Shown here in pieces: positions 9,566 through 19,500 of a stretch of DNA of 64,000 nt (its first letter is position 1; every line of letters begins with the position of its first letter). The notes below the pieces were generated by a model, which was not told the origin of the DNA, made no database searches, and was given only the letters and a program-made list of their open reading frames with translations. The stretch comes from an uncultured virus (IMG/VR IMGVR_UViG_2667527573_000005) (lineage: Duplodnaviria; Heunggongvirae; Uroviricota; Caudoviricetes). The translations under genes and the position numbers were made by a program. The stretch is taken from IMG/VR virus record IMGVR_UViG_2667527573_000005, positions 1 through 64,000 of that record. One strand, 5' to 3'.

Positions 9566-10818
9566 AGCTCACTATCCTTCTCTTTAAAATACAGATTTTA
9601 TATTAATTTAAACGTAATAACTAATTTTTTTTAGTAGGGTTCCGTAATTCATAATTCATAAGAGCTCCCCCTCGCGTGAGTATTTTCGATAACACCCTTC
9701 GCAGTAAACGTATTTAGGTATTTCGCTTCTCGGAAACCTCTCTTTACTTCCGCAGTAAGGGCATTCGACGACCTCAGTTTCGCGCAAATATAATCCGAGG
9801 TTATTCCACTTGTTTACGTCAATCATTACGTAACCACCTCTCAGCCGTTTTAATCGCGATCTCTGCGTGCTCAAGCGTTAAAGGTTCCGTTCTCTCATCC
9901 GTCAGAAATACCGCATTACCGACCCTTCCGCGCTCTTTATACCACATCATTACGATATAGCCGCCAAACCCTTCGTCAGGCGCATAATTATCGCTTAAAG
10001 GTACGTATCCTATTGATCCGCAATCCCTCCTCGTTTTTGTTTGCGTCAAAACCACGTATTATCTACGCCTTCATTGCGCTAGGCTCTTTGCTCGTCGATC
10101 ATCAGTTTTAAGTTCTTCGCCTCCATGCCGCGATTGTTCGTTACGTAAGGAATTCCGTAAGTTTCTTTGTGCTTGGCGTGCAGGTAGCCGATAAAATCGC
10201 GCGTATTCCACTTGGCGACCGGCTTTGATTCATACGTTGTCATCTTCGTCACTTCCTTCGTACTTATATTCACGTAGTACATCCGTTAAGGAAATAGAAC
10301 CCATCGAACCACTTCCGATGAATCTTCGTAATTGTTCTTTTCGGTCGGCTTTCAGAGGAGCGTAACACGCGGATTTTAATTCCGCCTCAAGCTCCGCAAT
10401 GTGATCGAGTAGCGCCGGAATGTCTTGGCGTGCGTTTGCGATGAAGTCTGCGTATACATCTCCGCTAGTCATACAAACCAAATGAACTTCACAAGATCCC
10501 GGTGGATATTCGTAGGACACGTCTGTTCTATCCGAAACAAACCACCGCGCATCTCCAACCGCTTCCGCGCGCTTACGGATTTCTTCGAGCTGTTCCTTAT
10601 TCAACCGATTCATACTTAACGCCAACCTTTCGTTTTATTTTCGTAAGATTTCCGCCCTTTACCGCAAATTTATAACGTCCGTGTCCGTGAACCTTAACGA
10701 AGTAATATCTGCTGTTTAAGAAACGCCACGACCTTGAATCTACACTTTGCGATTAACTCGGACGCCTCTTTATACGACGTTCCAATCAACCGGACAACGG
10801 CGCGATCCAGGCGGAGCA

Positions 10819-11160
10819 TCAAGCGTTCACTCCTTCGATTTTGATTCCGAGACGTTCCAGCGTTATTTTAATAACACGCTGATATTCTTCGAAACGAAAG
10901 TGAGTTTCGGAGTGAGAAGTTCCGAATCCTGTATTAAAACTCTCGTAGAACTCCCGCACCTTTTCCTCCGGCGTCTTTTTGACTTCGTATCCGTTGACCA
11001 ATGCGGCCGCTAGCGTCATGATGTCGAGTTCATTTAGACACGAAAACTCTTCGATCCATCGATCCTTTGCGTGAATTCGTAGTAAGTCGGATTTCTCCTT
11101 GTCGCCATCCATAAATATCTGAATAGCCCCCGCCTGTTCCTTCGTGATTGTCGGCTTCAT
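10819..11160 (-). CDS. DUF1642-like phage protein
   Basis: MKPTITKEQA...LAAALVNGYEV motif typical of this phage family. Confidence 0.55.
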   Translation of the reverse strand: MKPTITKEQAGAIQIFMDGDKEKSDLLRIHAKDRWIEEFSCLNELDIMTLAAALVNGYEVKKTPEEKVREFYESFNTGFGTSHSETHFRFEEYQRVIKITLERLGIKIEGVNA

Positions 11161-11335
11161 TTTAGCGCCTCCTTTGCGTGTAAATTAATTTCGTATAGCG
11201 CAGTAACCGGAACCAAATCGACGCTTTCTTCGGGTAACTGCGACTTTATTTCGATCACCCTCAACGCCGCCGTCAACCGCTCATTCTCGCCAATCAAATC
11301 CGCCACAGCACAACGCAATCGTTTAACTTCTTCGG

Positions 11336-11938
11336 TCATCGCTTGCCCTCCTCTAAACTTTCGTTATAGTCACAGATAGCCGCACCACAAAACGCCTCTG
11401 CCGTCTTTTTCAACGCGATAAGTTCCTCCGCAGTCAAATACTTAATAACGATTGCTTCTCCGAAATCTTCTCTAAATACGCCATCATCGTCTCGCCCAAG
11501 TAGCGCTCTTCCAATCGTCAACGTATACTCCGACCACTTTTTCGGAGATTCTTCGTCTTCTTGCTTTACCGAGTAGTCGTACCGTTCAATTTTGTAATAG
11601 TATTCGTTATCCATTCCGAAGGCATCTTCGAGAACAAGTTGCGCATAGTCTACGTTGCGTACAAACCCACCATCCTCGGTTCGTTCCAGCGCGTATCCTT
11701 TCGTCATATCGAACGTTAGAATATGTTCGAGGAAAGCCGGCAAGCTTGGAACCTTCGGAAAGTCGTGTGTGCTCGCTGAGAATATCGTTTTCTTTCCGTG
11801 TAAAATTGTAATGTCGTAGTAAAAATAAATTACATCCCGCATACTTTCGATTTTCTCATCGTCATCACCAAACGTGGTTATTATCGGGTTACCGTATGAA
11901 ATCAACAGGTCACCTTTCCGCCAAGTTCTACGTGTCAA
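11336..11938 (-). CDS. Hypothetical phage protein
   Basis: 200-aa ORF with GGAGG RBS. Confidence 0.7.
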   Translation of the reverse strand: MTRRTWRKGDLLISYGNPIITTFGDDDEKIESMRDVIYFYYDITILHGKKTIFSASTHDFPKVPSLPAFLEHILTFDMTKGYALERTEDGGFVRNVDYAQLVLEDAFGMDNEYYYKIERYDYSVKQEDEESPKKWSEYTLTIGRALLGRDDDGVFREDFGEAIVIKYLTAEELIALKKTAEAFCGAAICDYNESLEEGKR

Positions 11939-12166
11939 TTTAACGCCTCCACTCCGTGTATTTTCGCGTTTTATCGTCTACCCTACCGAATACCCTCGAC
12001 CGTCAGTAACGCCGCTAATTCGCCGCGATACGCACGTTTATTCGTGCTAATTCCGCCAGCGATTGCGCATCCGAAGACCTCAACCGCCGATTGCGTTCGT
12101 CTGACGTGAGTTAATCGTCGGGTGATACCGGAATGTTAATCGTCATGGTTATCGTTACTCCTTTCG

Positions 12167-12640
12167 TTAATCAAAAAGTCCGTAATACGATTCGTCTTCT
12201 GCGAGTACGTCTTCGAAGTAACTCTCTACCGTTTCTTTTCCGCTAATTACGAGGAACAAGTCGCCAGTATACTTGTTTAACTTAGTCGTTTGATTTCGGT
12301 TGATTTCGTCAGAATTTCCAAGCCAGTTTACGAGGATATAATCGTTACTTCCGTCCTCGTAGAAAACATCTATCGCGACAATGTCCGGATACTGCTGCAG
12401 ACGATCGAAAGGGAACTCGTTTGACGACCAAGATTGTTCGAACGCAATGGAGTCGTTCCCTTTCGAAGATAATTGTAGAAATACATTTTCCGCTGAGTAG
12501 CTTTCGCTGATGAGGTTCGATGCTTTGCGGGAAATCGTTCTCGTTATATTTGTCATGTAGAAGCGACCGATGTACTTACTGTCGAACTTAAGAACTTCAC
12601 AATTCTCTAACACAAGGTCAATGCTTTTTACTTTCTTCAA
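12167..12640 (-). CDS. Hypothetical phage protein
   Basis: 157-aa ORF with AGGAGG RBS. Confidence 0.75.
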   Translation of the reverse strand: MKKVKSIDLVLENCEVLKFDSKYIGRFYMTNITRTISRKASNLISESYSAENVFLQLSSKGNDSIAFEQSWSSNEFPFDRLQQYPDIVAIDVFYEDGSNDYILVNWLGNSDEINRNQTTKLNKYTGDLFLVISGKETVESYFEDVLAEDESYYGLFD

Positions 12641-12941
12641 CGCAACGTCCTCCTTTGCCTGCTCAACGATCTCATCGCGGCGTATTTGTGTGCTTTTCCG
12701 GCTTCCATAAACGTTCCTCTAGCGTCGTACAAACCGGAGTCGTTACCGTATTTACATCGCCAGGTATAATAACAACGTCTTGATTCGTTTTTGCGTAATG
12801 AACTACGAATCTATAAGAATATGCTCCCCCAATAACGATATCTCCAAAACGAGATTTATAACCGAAATATTTATCGTCCTTCTTTTCAAATACCGTATTC
12901 GCATTATTGATCAGCAATTTATTTTCCAATTCGCCAACTCC

Positions 12942-13295
12942 TTAGATATCATTTAATTTTTGTGTCAGATGAATAAATTGATCATTTAACTCTTTGAATT
13001 TTTCCTTATTTATGTATGCTTTATTTTCCCTAAACAAAAATAGATCCCGATATGCTTTTCTATTCCTGTTAATAATTTTAGTCGCAATAGTTGAGCTTAC
13101 CCATTCTTCATTTACTATCTGGTTTAGGATTTCACCAAGTTCGAATAGAATTTCTAGCTTCTCTTTGTTTTGCTGTGTTTCAAGTCTTAACAATTCACTC
13201 TGTGTTTCAAGTTGCATTGTTTCAAATTTGTATTTCTTTTTCTTCAAGGCTGCTATCTTTTCATTTGCGTTATGTATTTTATTTCCCGTCTCCAA
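12942..13295 (-). CDS. yosX: YosX-like protein
   Basis: 117 aa, AAGGAGGTG RBS, synteny. Confidence 0.7.
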   Translation of the reverse strand: METGNKIHNANEKIAALKKKKYKFETMQLETQSELLRLETQQNKEKLEILFELGEILNQIVNEEWVSSTIATKIINRNRKAYRDLFLFRENKAYINKEKFKELNDQFIHLTQKLNDI

Positions 13296-13329
13296 TGAAT
13301 CACCTCCTTAAAGTTTGACAGTTTTTCTT

Positions 13330-13910
13330 CTATTCTGAACCCTTTTTATTACAGTCTAAATGAGATTTAAAACGTTTAACTGCTTCTTCATATACAACCA
13401 ATTTATTCAAATAAACATCAAGACATACTCCATTACCTTGTAACCCATCAGAATCGTATAGGCTGTAATTGTTATTTAACTTGTACTCCAAATTGTCCAA
13501 AGCGTTACGAACTTTTTATTTGCTCCTTTAAACGTAATTCAGCCCTTACTTTTTCTGCCTCAAGTATCATCAGGTTATTGTTAATTTCATTTGTCACATA
13601 AAACGGGTATTTAACTATGAAGGTGAAATTAGTGGATTATTCCACTAAAATCTACCATATTCCAAAATCTTACTTAATGTGGTTAAATCAACTCCAAGTG
13701 ATACAGATTTGTCTTTTACTTCTTCATAATAAGCATTAAATTCTTGCTCATTTCGGAAGTCAAAGGCGTTAAATTCCATATCGTGGTCATACTTTGGTTT
13801 CTTCAATGTGGCTTCAGTACCATAACATCTTCTGCTTTATCGTGTTCAGACTTAATCCAACCACAAAATGTTTAGCATTCTTCACCTCGAAAGTTCATTT
13901 TAGACCATTG
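13330..13910 (-). pseudogene. Degraded coding remnants, including a class B sortase-like fragment
   Basis: Stop-interrupted frames; fragment FDFRNEQEFNAYYEEVKDKSVSLGVDLTTLSKIL resembles the SrtB region preceding TLSTC. Confidence 0.35.
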
Positions 13911-13954
13911 TGCAATATTTTAAGTCTAATTTGAACTATCAGGGTGAAATTTAT

Positions 13955-14974
13955 TTACATTTCTATTACATCAGTAGTGTAATCATCAACTTTAATTCCA
14001 GTGTTCAGCAATTGTTCAATCTCTTTCCATCTACAATTTAATAAGTTATTTACAATATTCCTTGCTTCATTTTCGTCTTTTGCATCAATGTAATAATTTC
14101 CACTAAGCCGAAAATTAACTTCGTACTCTTTCAATGGTGATTCAATATGTTCAAACACATTCAACCATTCTTCATTTGTACTTTTCCTATTACCAGATAT
14201 ACCACCTTTAGACCTACTACCACTAATCAAATGAGCAGTTTCAGACATTTTAACACCTTCGCTCACATAGACTGTTTTATTTAATTTATTTATATATTCT
14301 AAGATATTAAACTCATATCCATACCCAGATGTATTTTGATATGGTGGGTCTATGTATATTACAGAATTACTCTCAAAATCTGTTAAATTCTTAATGTTAT
14401 CATATATTCCTTTTATACCCTTCATATGTAAAGCAATCCTATTTACTCTATCTTTCAATGTATTCGGCATAGGCATCATTGGATTTACAGGACTTCTTCT
14501 GCTTGATGTTGCAGTTGGTGTCCAATAACTCCTAAAACTGCTCGTTGCCCATTCGCTATCACTCTTTAACCATACTGCTTTTGAGCCAAAACTCGATGCT
14601 TGTAGCAATAAAAATTTATATACAGTATCTATGTTTGCAGGTTGTTTGTATAATTCTTTGATGTGCGATTGAATTTCCGATACATCACTTGGAATATCGC
14701 CTATGTAGTCAGCAAATTTTTCTGTGTCAAACTCTCCATTGCCTACCATTTGCCAAAACAAACCCCAAGGAGATTTATCTAACATAATTATATTTTGTGG
14801 CTTAATTCCTCTGTTTACGAGTTCTACTGATATGGAACCAGAGCCACAGCATAAGTCATAAAACTTTGTATATTCATTTATTTTATTTTCACGAAAGATT
14901 ATATCTACAATTTGTTTAGCAATCCTATTCTTACCACCTTGATACGCACAAGGTATCTCTAAACCTTTACTCAT
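13955..14974 (-). CDS. Dam-like (D12 class) DNA adenine methyltransferase with C-terminal extension
   Basis: YQGGK, DLCCGSG (motif I), YIDPPY (motif IV). Confidence 0.88.
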   Translation of the reverse strand: MSKGLEIPCAYQGGKNRIAKQIVDIIFRENKINEYTKFYDLCCGSGSISVELVNRGIKPQNIIMLDKSPWGLFWQMVGNGEFDTEKFADYIGDIPSDVSEIQSHIKELYKQPANIDTVYKFLLLQASSFGSKAVWLKSDSEWATSSFRSYWTPTATSSRRSPVNPMMPMPNTLKDRVNRIALHMKGIKGIYDNIKNLTDFESNSVIYIDPPYQNTSGYGYEFNILEYINKLNKTVYVSEGVKMSETAHLISGSRSKGGISGNRKSTNEEWLNVFEHIESPLKEYEVNFRLSGNYYIDAKDENEARNIVNNLLNCRWKEIEQLLNTGIKVDDYTTDVIEM

Positions 14975-15357
14975 TTATCCACTCTCCTATTTTATTATTA
15001 AACTTCATTTTCACCTTGAAAGTTAAAGAAACTACTTGTCTATCAGTTTATAAATTTCCTTCTCTACCACCTTGAAAGTTGGATACCCTAAAAAACTCCC
15101 CATTTTAAATAAAATATTAGTTTTATAGTAATTTTATTTTTATTCTAAATATATAAAAGAACAAGCTGATTAACTTGTCTCTATCTTATCACCTGTTCAT
15201 TATGTATGTCTATAGTTATTTTATTTTTATTCTTTATTTATTGGTTTTGCTTTATTAGCCTTTTGTTCCGTAAGCAAGCCGGAGGCAATATTTCACCAAT
15301 TTCATAATTCATCTTACCCTATAGGTTTCACTTTTAATGCACAATAAAGAGGCAGCA

Positions 15358-16197
15358 TTAAACCGCTACCTCAAATAAAAGCTTGTCCCCATGTTTATAG
15401 TTGATTAATTTGAAATCATCAACGGTAAAGTTATAAAAATCTTTCACTTCAGGATTGATCCATAGTTCAGGTGCTTCAAACTGTTCTCTTTCCATTTGAA
15501 TTTTCAAATTGTCTATATGACGTGTGTACACATGGCAATCCCCAATGTTAAAGATATATTCACCAAGCTTATAACCAGTCACTTGAGCAATCATGCGCTG
15601 CAACACATTGTACTGGAATACATTGAATGGATTCCCCAACGCCATATCATTGCTCCGTGCTCTTACCTCGAGGTGGAGCTTACCTTGCTTAACATACCAT
15701 TGAGTTTCGTATACACATGGCGTTAAGGCCATTGCGTCTAAATCATCAGAATTCCACAGCATTGTAATGTGTCTGCGTGAAGACGGGTTGTTCTTCAATT
15801 GATGAAGAAGATAGTCTACCTGATCCACTTTTTCTCCATTTAGACTTCTGTTTTTCTTCCCCAGCTGAAATCCATATGCATGTCCGATGGTGCCGTCTTC
15901 TTGTTTCCACTGATCCCAAATATGTACGCCCATTTTGTTCAATTCAGTAACATCGTTCGATTTCAGCTGCCAAATCCAGAGTAACTCTTTAATGGCTGTT
16001 TTCCAGGCAACCTTTTTTGTCGTTAAAATCGGAACCTCTGAGTTGTCGAATCTCATTTGCTTACTCATTACACTTAGAGTATGTGCCGGCGTTCCATCTG
16101 AGTCCCACTTGGTTCTTACATCAAACTCTTCGTCTGAGATTCCATTATTGATAATATCCTTTATAATTGAATTGTATTGTTTATCGAATTGAGTCAT
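15358..16197 (-). CDS. thyA: Thymidylate synthase (phage ThyP3/ThyA type)
   Basis: 279 aa; SRRHI, ALTPCVY, RSNDMALGNPFN, GDCHVY motifs. Confidence 0.97.
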   Translation of the reverse strand: MTQFDKQYNSIIKDIINNGISDEEFDVRTKWDSDGTPAHTLSVMSKQMRFDNSEVPILTTKKVAWKTAIKELLWIWQLKSNDVTELNKMGVHIWDQWKQEDGTIGHAYGFQLGKKNRSLNGEKVDQVDYLLHQLKNNPSSRRHITMLWNSDDLDAMALTPCVYETQWYVKQGKLHLEVRARSNDMALGNPFNVFQYNVLQRMIAQVTGYKLGEYIFNIGDCHVYTRHIDNLKIQMEREQFEAPELWINPEVKDFYNFTVDDFKLINYKHGDKLLFEVAV

Positions 16198-16253
16198 GTT
16201 TCTCAGTCCTTTTTTGAATTATATATGAAAAAACAAAGCATTAATTAAATATT

Positions 16254-16670
16254 TTATAAGAATACACCTGCCAAATAAAATACAACAAAAAGAAAATTCC
16301 CACAAACAAACACCCAGTAAATATATGTATTTTGCTTAGTTTTTTCACCGTCTAATACATCTAAAACTTTAAACATGCTAAGTACAACATATATAAGTGA
16401 AACTGCTGTCCATGCAAGCATTAGGATGTTATCGTGCATAACTAATCCAATATAAGCCAGAGGGACAATGAAAGATATTCCCTTGAGCAAAGTAAACAGG
16501 TAAATCAAATTCTTATTTCGTTTCACATTTTCTAATGTTGAATTATCAATCGCACTCTTTACCTTTCTATATGTATCACCTTCTCCTCGAACAATCAATC
16601 TGACCTCATTAATGTTTAATGCAATTAGATAAGCTGCTAGAAATAAAGTTACATATGTTATAATAAACAT
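16254..16670 (-). CDS. Multi-pass membrane protein
   Basis: Four hydrophobic segments; AAGGAG RBS. Confidence 0.75.
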   Translation of the reverse strand: MFIITYVTLFLAAYLIALNINEVRLIVRGEGDTYRKVKSAIDNSTLENVKRNKNLIYLFTLLKGISFIVPLAYIGLVMHDNILMLAWTAVSLIYVVLSMFKVLDVLDGEKTKQNTYIYWVFVCGNFLFVVFYLAGVFL

Positions 16671-16923
16671 CTCCTTATTTTATATTTGTCTTTTGATTTA
16701 TTACTACTCTAATCAAGTGATAATTAAGCATTTAGGCGAGTCATGGAAATCATAATCCCCTACTTTAAATAAATTAGTCGGTCTTGATCTATTCACTCGG
16801 CTAAGCTGGCCAAAGTTCCTCATTAATAAATCATCTTCCAGCATATTTTATATCCATGTAAATTGATCAATTCATTTATTTCTTCGGGCGTACCCTCAAA
16901 TTCAACACCATTAATTTTTACTT

Positions 16924-17214
16924 TCATTCAATAATCCCCTTTAAATCATTCATTTGATCAGCGATGCTTTCTTTAATTGTATGTGGCAACTGATCTATTC
17001 TCTTTTCAATTCGTTTCTGACCAGTTTTCCTGATTTTTGTAGTCATCTCTTTAAAACACTCTAAAGCAGTATCTGCAATTTCATCATATAGCCCCTGAAT
17101 TTTCACTAATACACTTAAATACTCTTCGTCACCTTCTTCAAATAGTGCCAACCCTTCTTCAAGTTTATTGATCTTTTCAATACTCTTTATTATTTTATTT
17201 TTATTCTTAAACAA
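16924..17214 (-). CDS. yosV: YosV-like protein
   Basis: 96 aa, synteny. Confidence 0.7.
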   Translation of the reverse strand: MFKNKNKIIKSIEKINKLEEGLALFEEGDEEYLSVLVKIQGLYDEIADTALECFKEMTTKIRKTGQKRIEKRIDQLPHTIKESIADQMNDLKGIIE

Positions 17215-17218
17215 TTAA

Positions 17219-17431
17219 TCACCCACCCAGTTTATTTTGGTCATGCATCTTCATGAAGTTAGCTGCTGCCTTCTTGTATTTCAGGTCTTTCTCGTACTCA
17301 GCAACTTGTCTCATATGTTCAATAAATTCATCTTCAAGTCCTTGCAACTGAAGAAATCCAAAGCAAAGACCGTTCCTATAAAGCATGTCATCATATTTTG
17401 CTTGTAAAGTTCTTTCTTTGTTGTTAATGAT
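17219..17431 (-). CDS. 70-aa hypothetical protein with ATC/ATT start
   Basis: AAGGAGG RBS, 6 nt, ATC ATT AAC...; open to TGA at 17219; absent from ORF track. Confidence 0.6.
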   Translation of the reverse strand: MINNKERTLQAKYDDMLYRNGLCFGFLQLQGLEDEFIEHMRQVAEYEKDLKYKKAAANFMKMHDQNKLGG

Positions 17432-17540
17432 CTCTTTCCTCCTTATCGATTTTAGATAAAAGTATTCTTTTATTCGGAAATATTTCCAACAAAAATCTTT
17501 TATGGTAAATTAAAAGCAATGTATTTAAAGGAGTGTTAAT

Positions 17541-17786
17541 TTGCGAAAAATATTCAAAATAATTAGTTTACTGATTCTGTTGTTATTATTGGTTTATTCT
17601 TTCTTCAGTTCTAACTCACAATTATTTGTGTTCGTTCAGCTAATCATAATTGCATTTTTGATTGGTTTTGGAATTAACTGTTTTGTTAAAAAAGAACGAT
17701 ACCAAGGTACTCTATACTTCGTAATTGCAATATGCAACATTACTATTAATCTTGATAAAATAAACAAGTTAATTCAGAGCATTTAA
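17541..17786 (+). CDS. yosU: Small membrane protein (YosU)
   Basis: 81 aa, three hydrophobic segments; AAGGAG RBS; opposite strand as in SPbeta. Confidence 0.7.
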   Translation: MRKIFKIISLLILLLLLVYSFFSSNSQLFVFVQLIIIAFLIGFGINCFVKKERYQGTLYFVIAICNITINLDKINKLIQSI

Positions 17787-17801
17787 CTTATACATATATA
17801 G

Positions 17802-17830
17802 GAGGTGGGAAATTTCCCACCTTCTTTATT
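17802..17830. terminator. Hairpin between convergent yosU and yosT
   Basis: GAGGTGGGAA-AT-TTCCCACCTTC inverted repeat. Confidence 0.7.
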
Positions 17831-18275
17831 GTATAGGAACTAATATTTCACATAAGTCATTATCAATCATTTGTGAAGTATATCTCTCTATAATTGGTTC
17901 TTCTCTTATAGTTAGACTATTTTTTTCTATTTCAGAGAAAATAATGCCCCACAATTCACTTACTGCCTCTTTTGTATGGTCAAGCAAGAAAACAGCGTAT
18001 TTCCCTCCAGGTAACTTACCAACTTGAGCTGGTTGCGGCACATTAAAATCTTTATTTACAACAACGCAAACATCATAACGGCATTCCTCTTTAGGAGTAA
18101 TACTTGGATTATCTTGTGGAATTCCTAAAATAATAGAGTTATGAAATACACCATTCAACAGTGCCCACTTTTTAAAGGATTCCATTAGTTCTTTGTTTTG
18201 CTTGCCACCATACTCTCCAACATTTCGGAAATATGCAATCCTTGATTCAGGTAATTCTTCAATAGTTATTTTCAT
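17826..18275 (-). CDS. yosT: GyrI-like / AraC effector-binding domain protein (YosT)
   Basis: GIPQDNP..TP.EECRYDVC, LPGGKYAVF motifs. Confidence 0.88.
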   Translation of the reverse strand: MKITIEELPESRIAYFRNVGEYGGKQNKELMESFKKWALLNGVFHNSIILGIPQDNPSITPKEECRYDVCVVVNKDFNVPQPAQVGKLPGGKYAVFLLDHTKEAVSELWGIIFSEIEKNSLTIREEPIIERYTSQMIDNDLCEILVPIQ

Positions 18276-18351
18276 ATTTTTAATCCCCCTTCCCTAGAAA
18301 AAGGTAATATGATTAAAAATATTTTTCAAGAAAATTTTAAAAATAATCTAT

Positions 18352-18780
18352 TTACTTCGTTCCAGTTGATCCGTGTCCACCTCGGTCATCGTTGCCTAGG
18401 TGGTCTACCTCGATCCATTCAACTGCAGGCATCTTCTTCATAATTCTGAACTGACATATTCGATCCCCTTTCTTAATCTTTGTGTCACGTAACGCATAAG
18501 CAGGAAAGAACCAAAAATCCTTGTCACCCTTATAAGACTCATCGATAACACCCATTGAGTTTGTTTGAATCACACCAAAGTTCTTATACGTACTCGACCG
18601 AGGTACGACATGTGCTTCGTAACCTTCAGGCAGTTCCATGGCCACACCTAATGGGATAAGTTTAAATTCATCTTTTTTGATCACTGCATCTTCAGCTGCA
18701 CGAAGATCAATCCAATCTCCTTGCTCAATTTTTCTGATTCTTGTTTGTGTTTCATCTAGATATTTAATTTTAATTTGCAT
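18352..18780 (-). CDS. yosS: Trimeric dUTPase
   Basis: [32 protein letters not shown] motifs. Confidence 0.95.
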   Translation of the reverse strand: MQIKIKYLDETQTRIRKIEQGDWIDLRAAEDAVIKKDEFKLIPLGVAMELPEGYEAHVVPRSSTYKNFGVIQTNSMGVIDESYKGDKDFWFFPAYALRDTKIKKGDRICQFRIMKKMPAVEWIEVDHLGNDDRGGHGSTGTK

Positions 18781-18852
18781 TATGTATTAGCTCCTTTTGT
18801 TTTTAATCTATGTACGTTCTCATATTATCTTTTCAGTTAAACAAACAGCTCA

Positions 18853-19215
18853 TTACTGTTCGAACTTTGCCCTCAACTCTTCATATAGTTTACGATCACT
18901 TTCTTCTTTCTCTTTGAGATACTTTTCTCTTTCAGCTTCTTGCTTCTTTTTTAGCTCATTTTCATACTCTTCCCACTCTGATTCATCGATCACGCCTTTG
19001 TCATGCAAGTCTTTTTTCAGAGGATATAATATCTTCTTAGCTTCATGCGGGTATAATATTCTTGTCTCATAGCCATCATCCCAGTCAGATTGTTGACAAG
19101 CCATAAACACGCCTCCATCTTTAGTAATAATCGTTGTTTGCTCACAAAATTGGTTTGCCCAAACATAAGCAACTTCTTTTCCAATTAACCCTTCCTGATT
19201 TTCAATGAAATACAT
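18853..19215 (-). CDS. Hypothetical phage protein (paralog of 26753-27131)
   Basis: 120-aa ORF with AAGGAG RBS. Confidence 0.75.
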   Translation of the reverse strand: MYFIENQEGLIGKEVAYVWANQFCEQTTIITKDGGVFMACQQSDWDDGYETRILYPHEAKKILYPLKKDLHDKGVIDESEWEEYENELKKKQEAEREKYLKEKEESDRKLYEELRAKFEQ

Positions 19216-19257
19216 TTATTAGCTCCTTTTGATTTAAGTTTGTTTAAAATTACCCTT

Positions 19258-19500
19258 TTATCGTAATTCGTTTAGTAACTCATCAAGTTCATTAGGCTTA
19301 AAACCAACACTTCGGTTTACTTCTTCTCCTTGATCATTCAGCAAAATGGTTACCGGTACTCCCATAACACCAAATCTAGCTGCCACTTCTGGTTCCTGTG
19401 TAACGTCAACTGTCTCAAATTGAATATTTGCTTGCTCTAAGTAATTGGACACCATTTTACATGGGTTGCAATTAGGCTGCTCTAATTTAATTAATCTCAT
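19258..19500 (-). CDS. yosR: Thioredoxin/NrdH-like redoxin
   Basis: CNPC active site, GVPV; 80 aa from ATG at 19500. Confidence 0.92.
   Translation of the reverse strand: MRLIKLEQPNCNPCKMVSNYLEQANIQFETVDVTQEPEVAARFGVMGVPVTILLNDQGEEVNRSVGFKPNELDELLNELR

Larger units (their letters stand above)
9640..12935 (-). other. GC-richer block of small phage ORFs from a different phage lineage
   Basis: Visibly CG-rich sequence versus AT-rich flanks; about 9 short ORFs (9656-9874, 9819-10055, 10079-10243, 10230-10625, 10819-11160, 11157-11339, 11336-11938, 12167-12640, 12672-12929) plus gene remnants. Confidence 0.75.
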
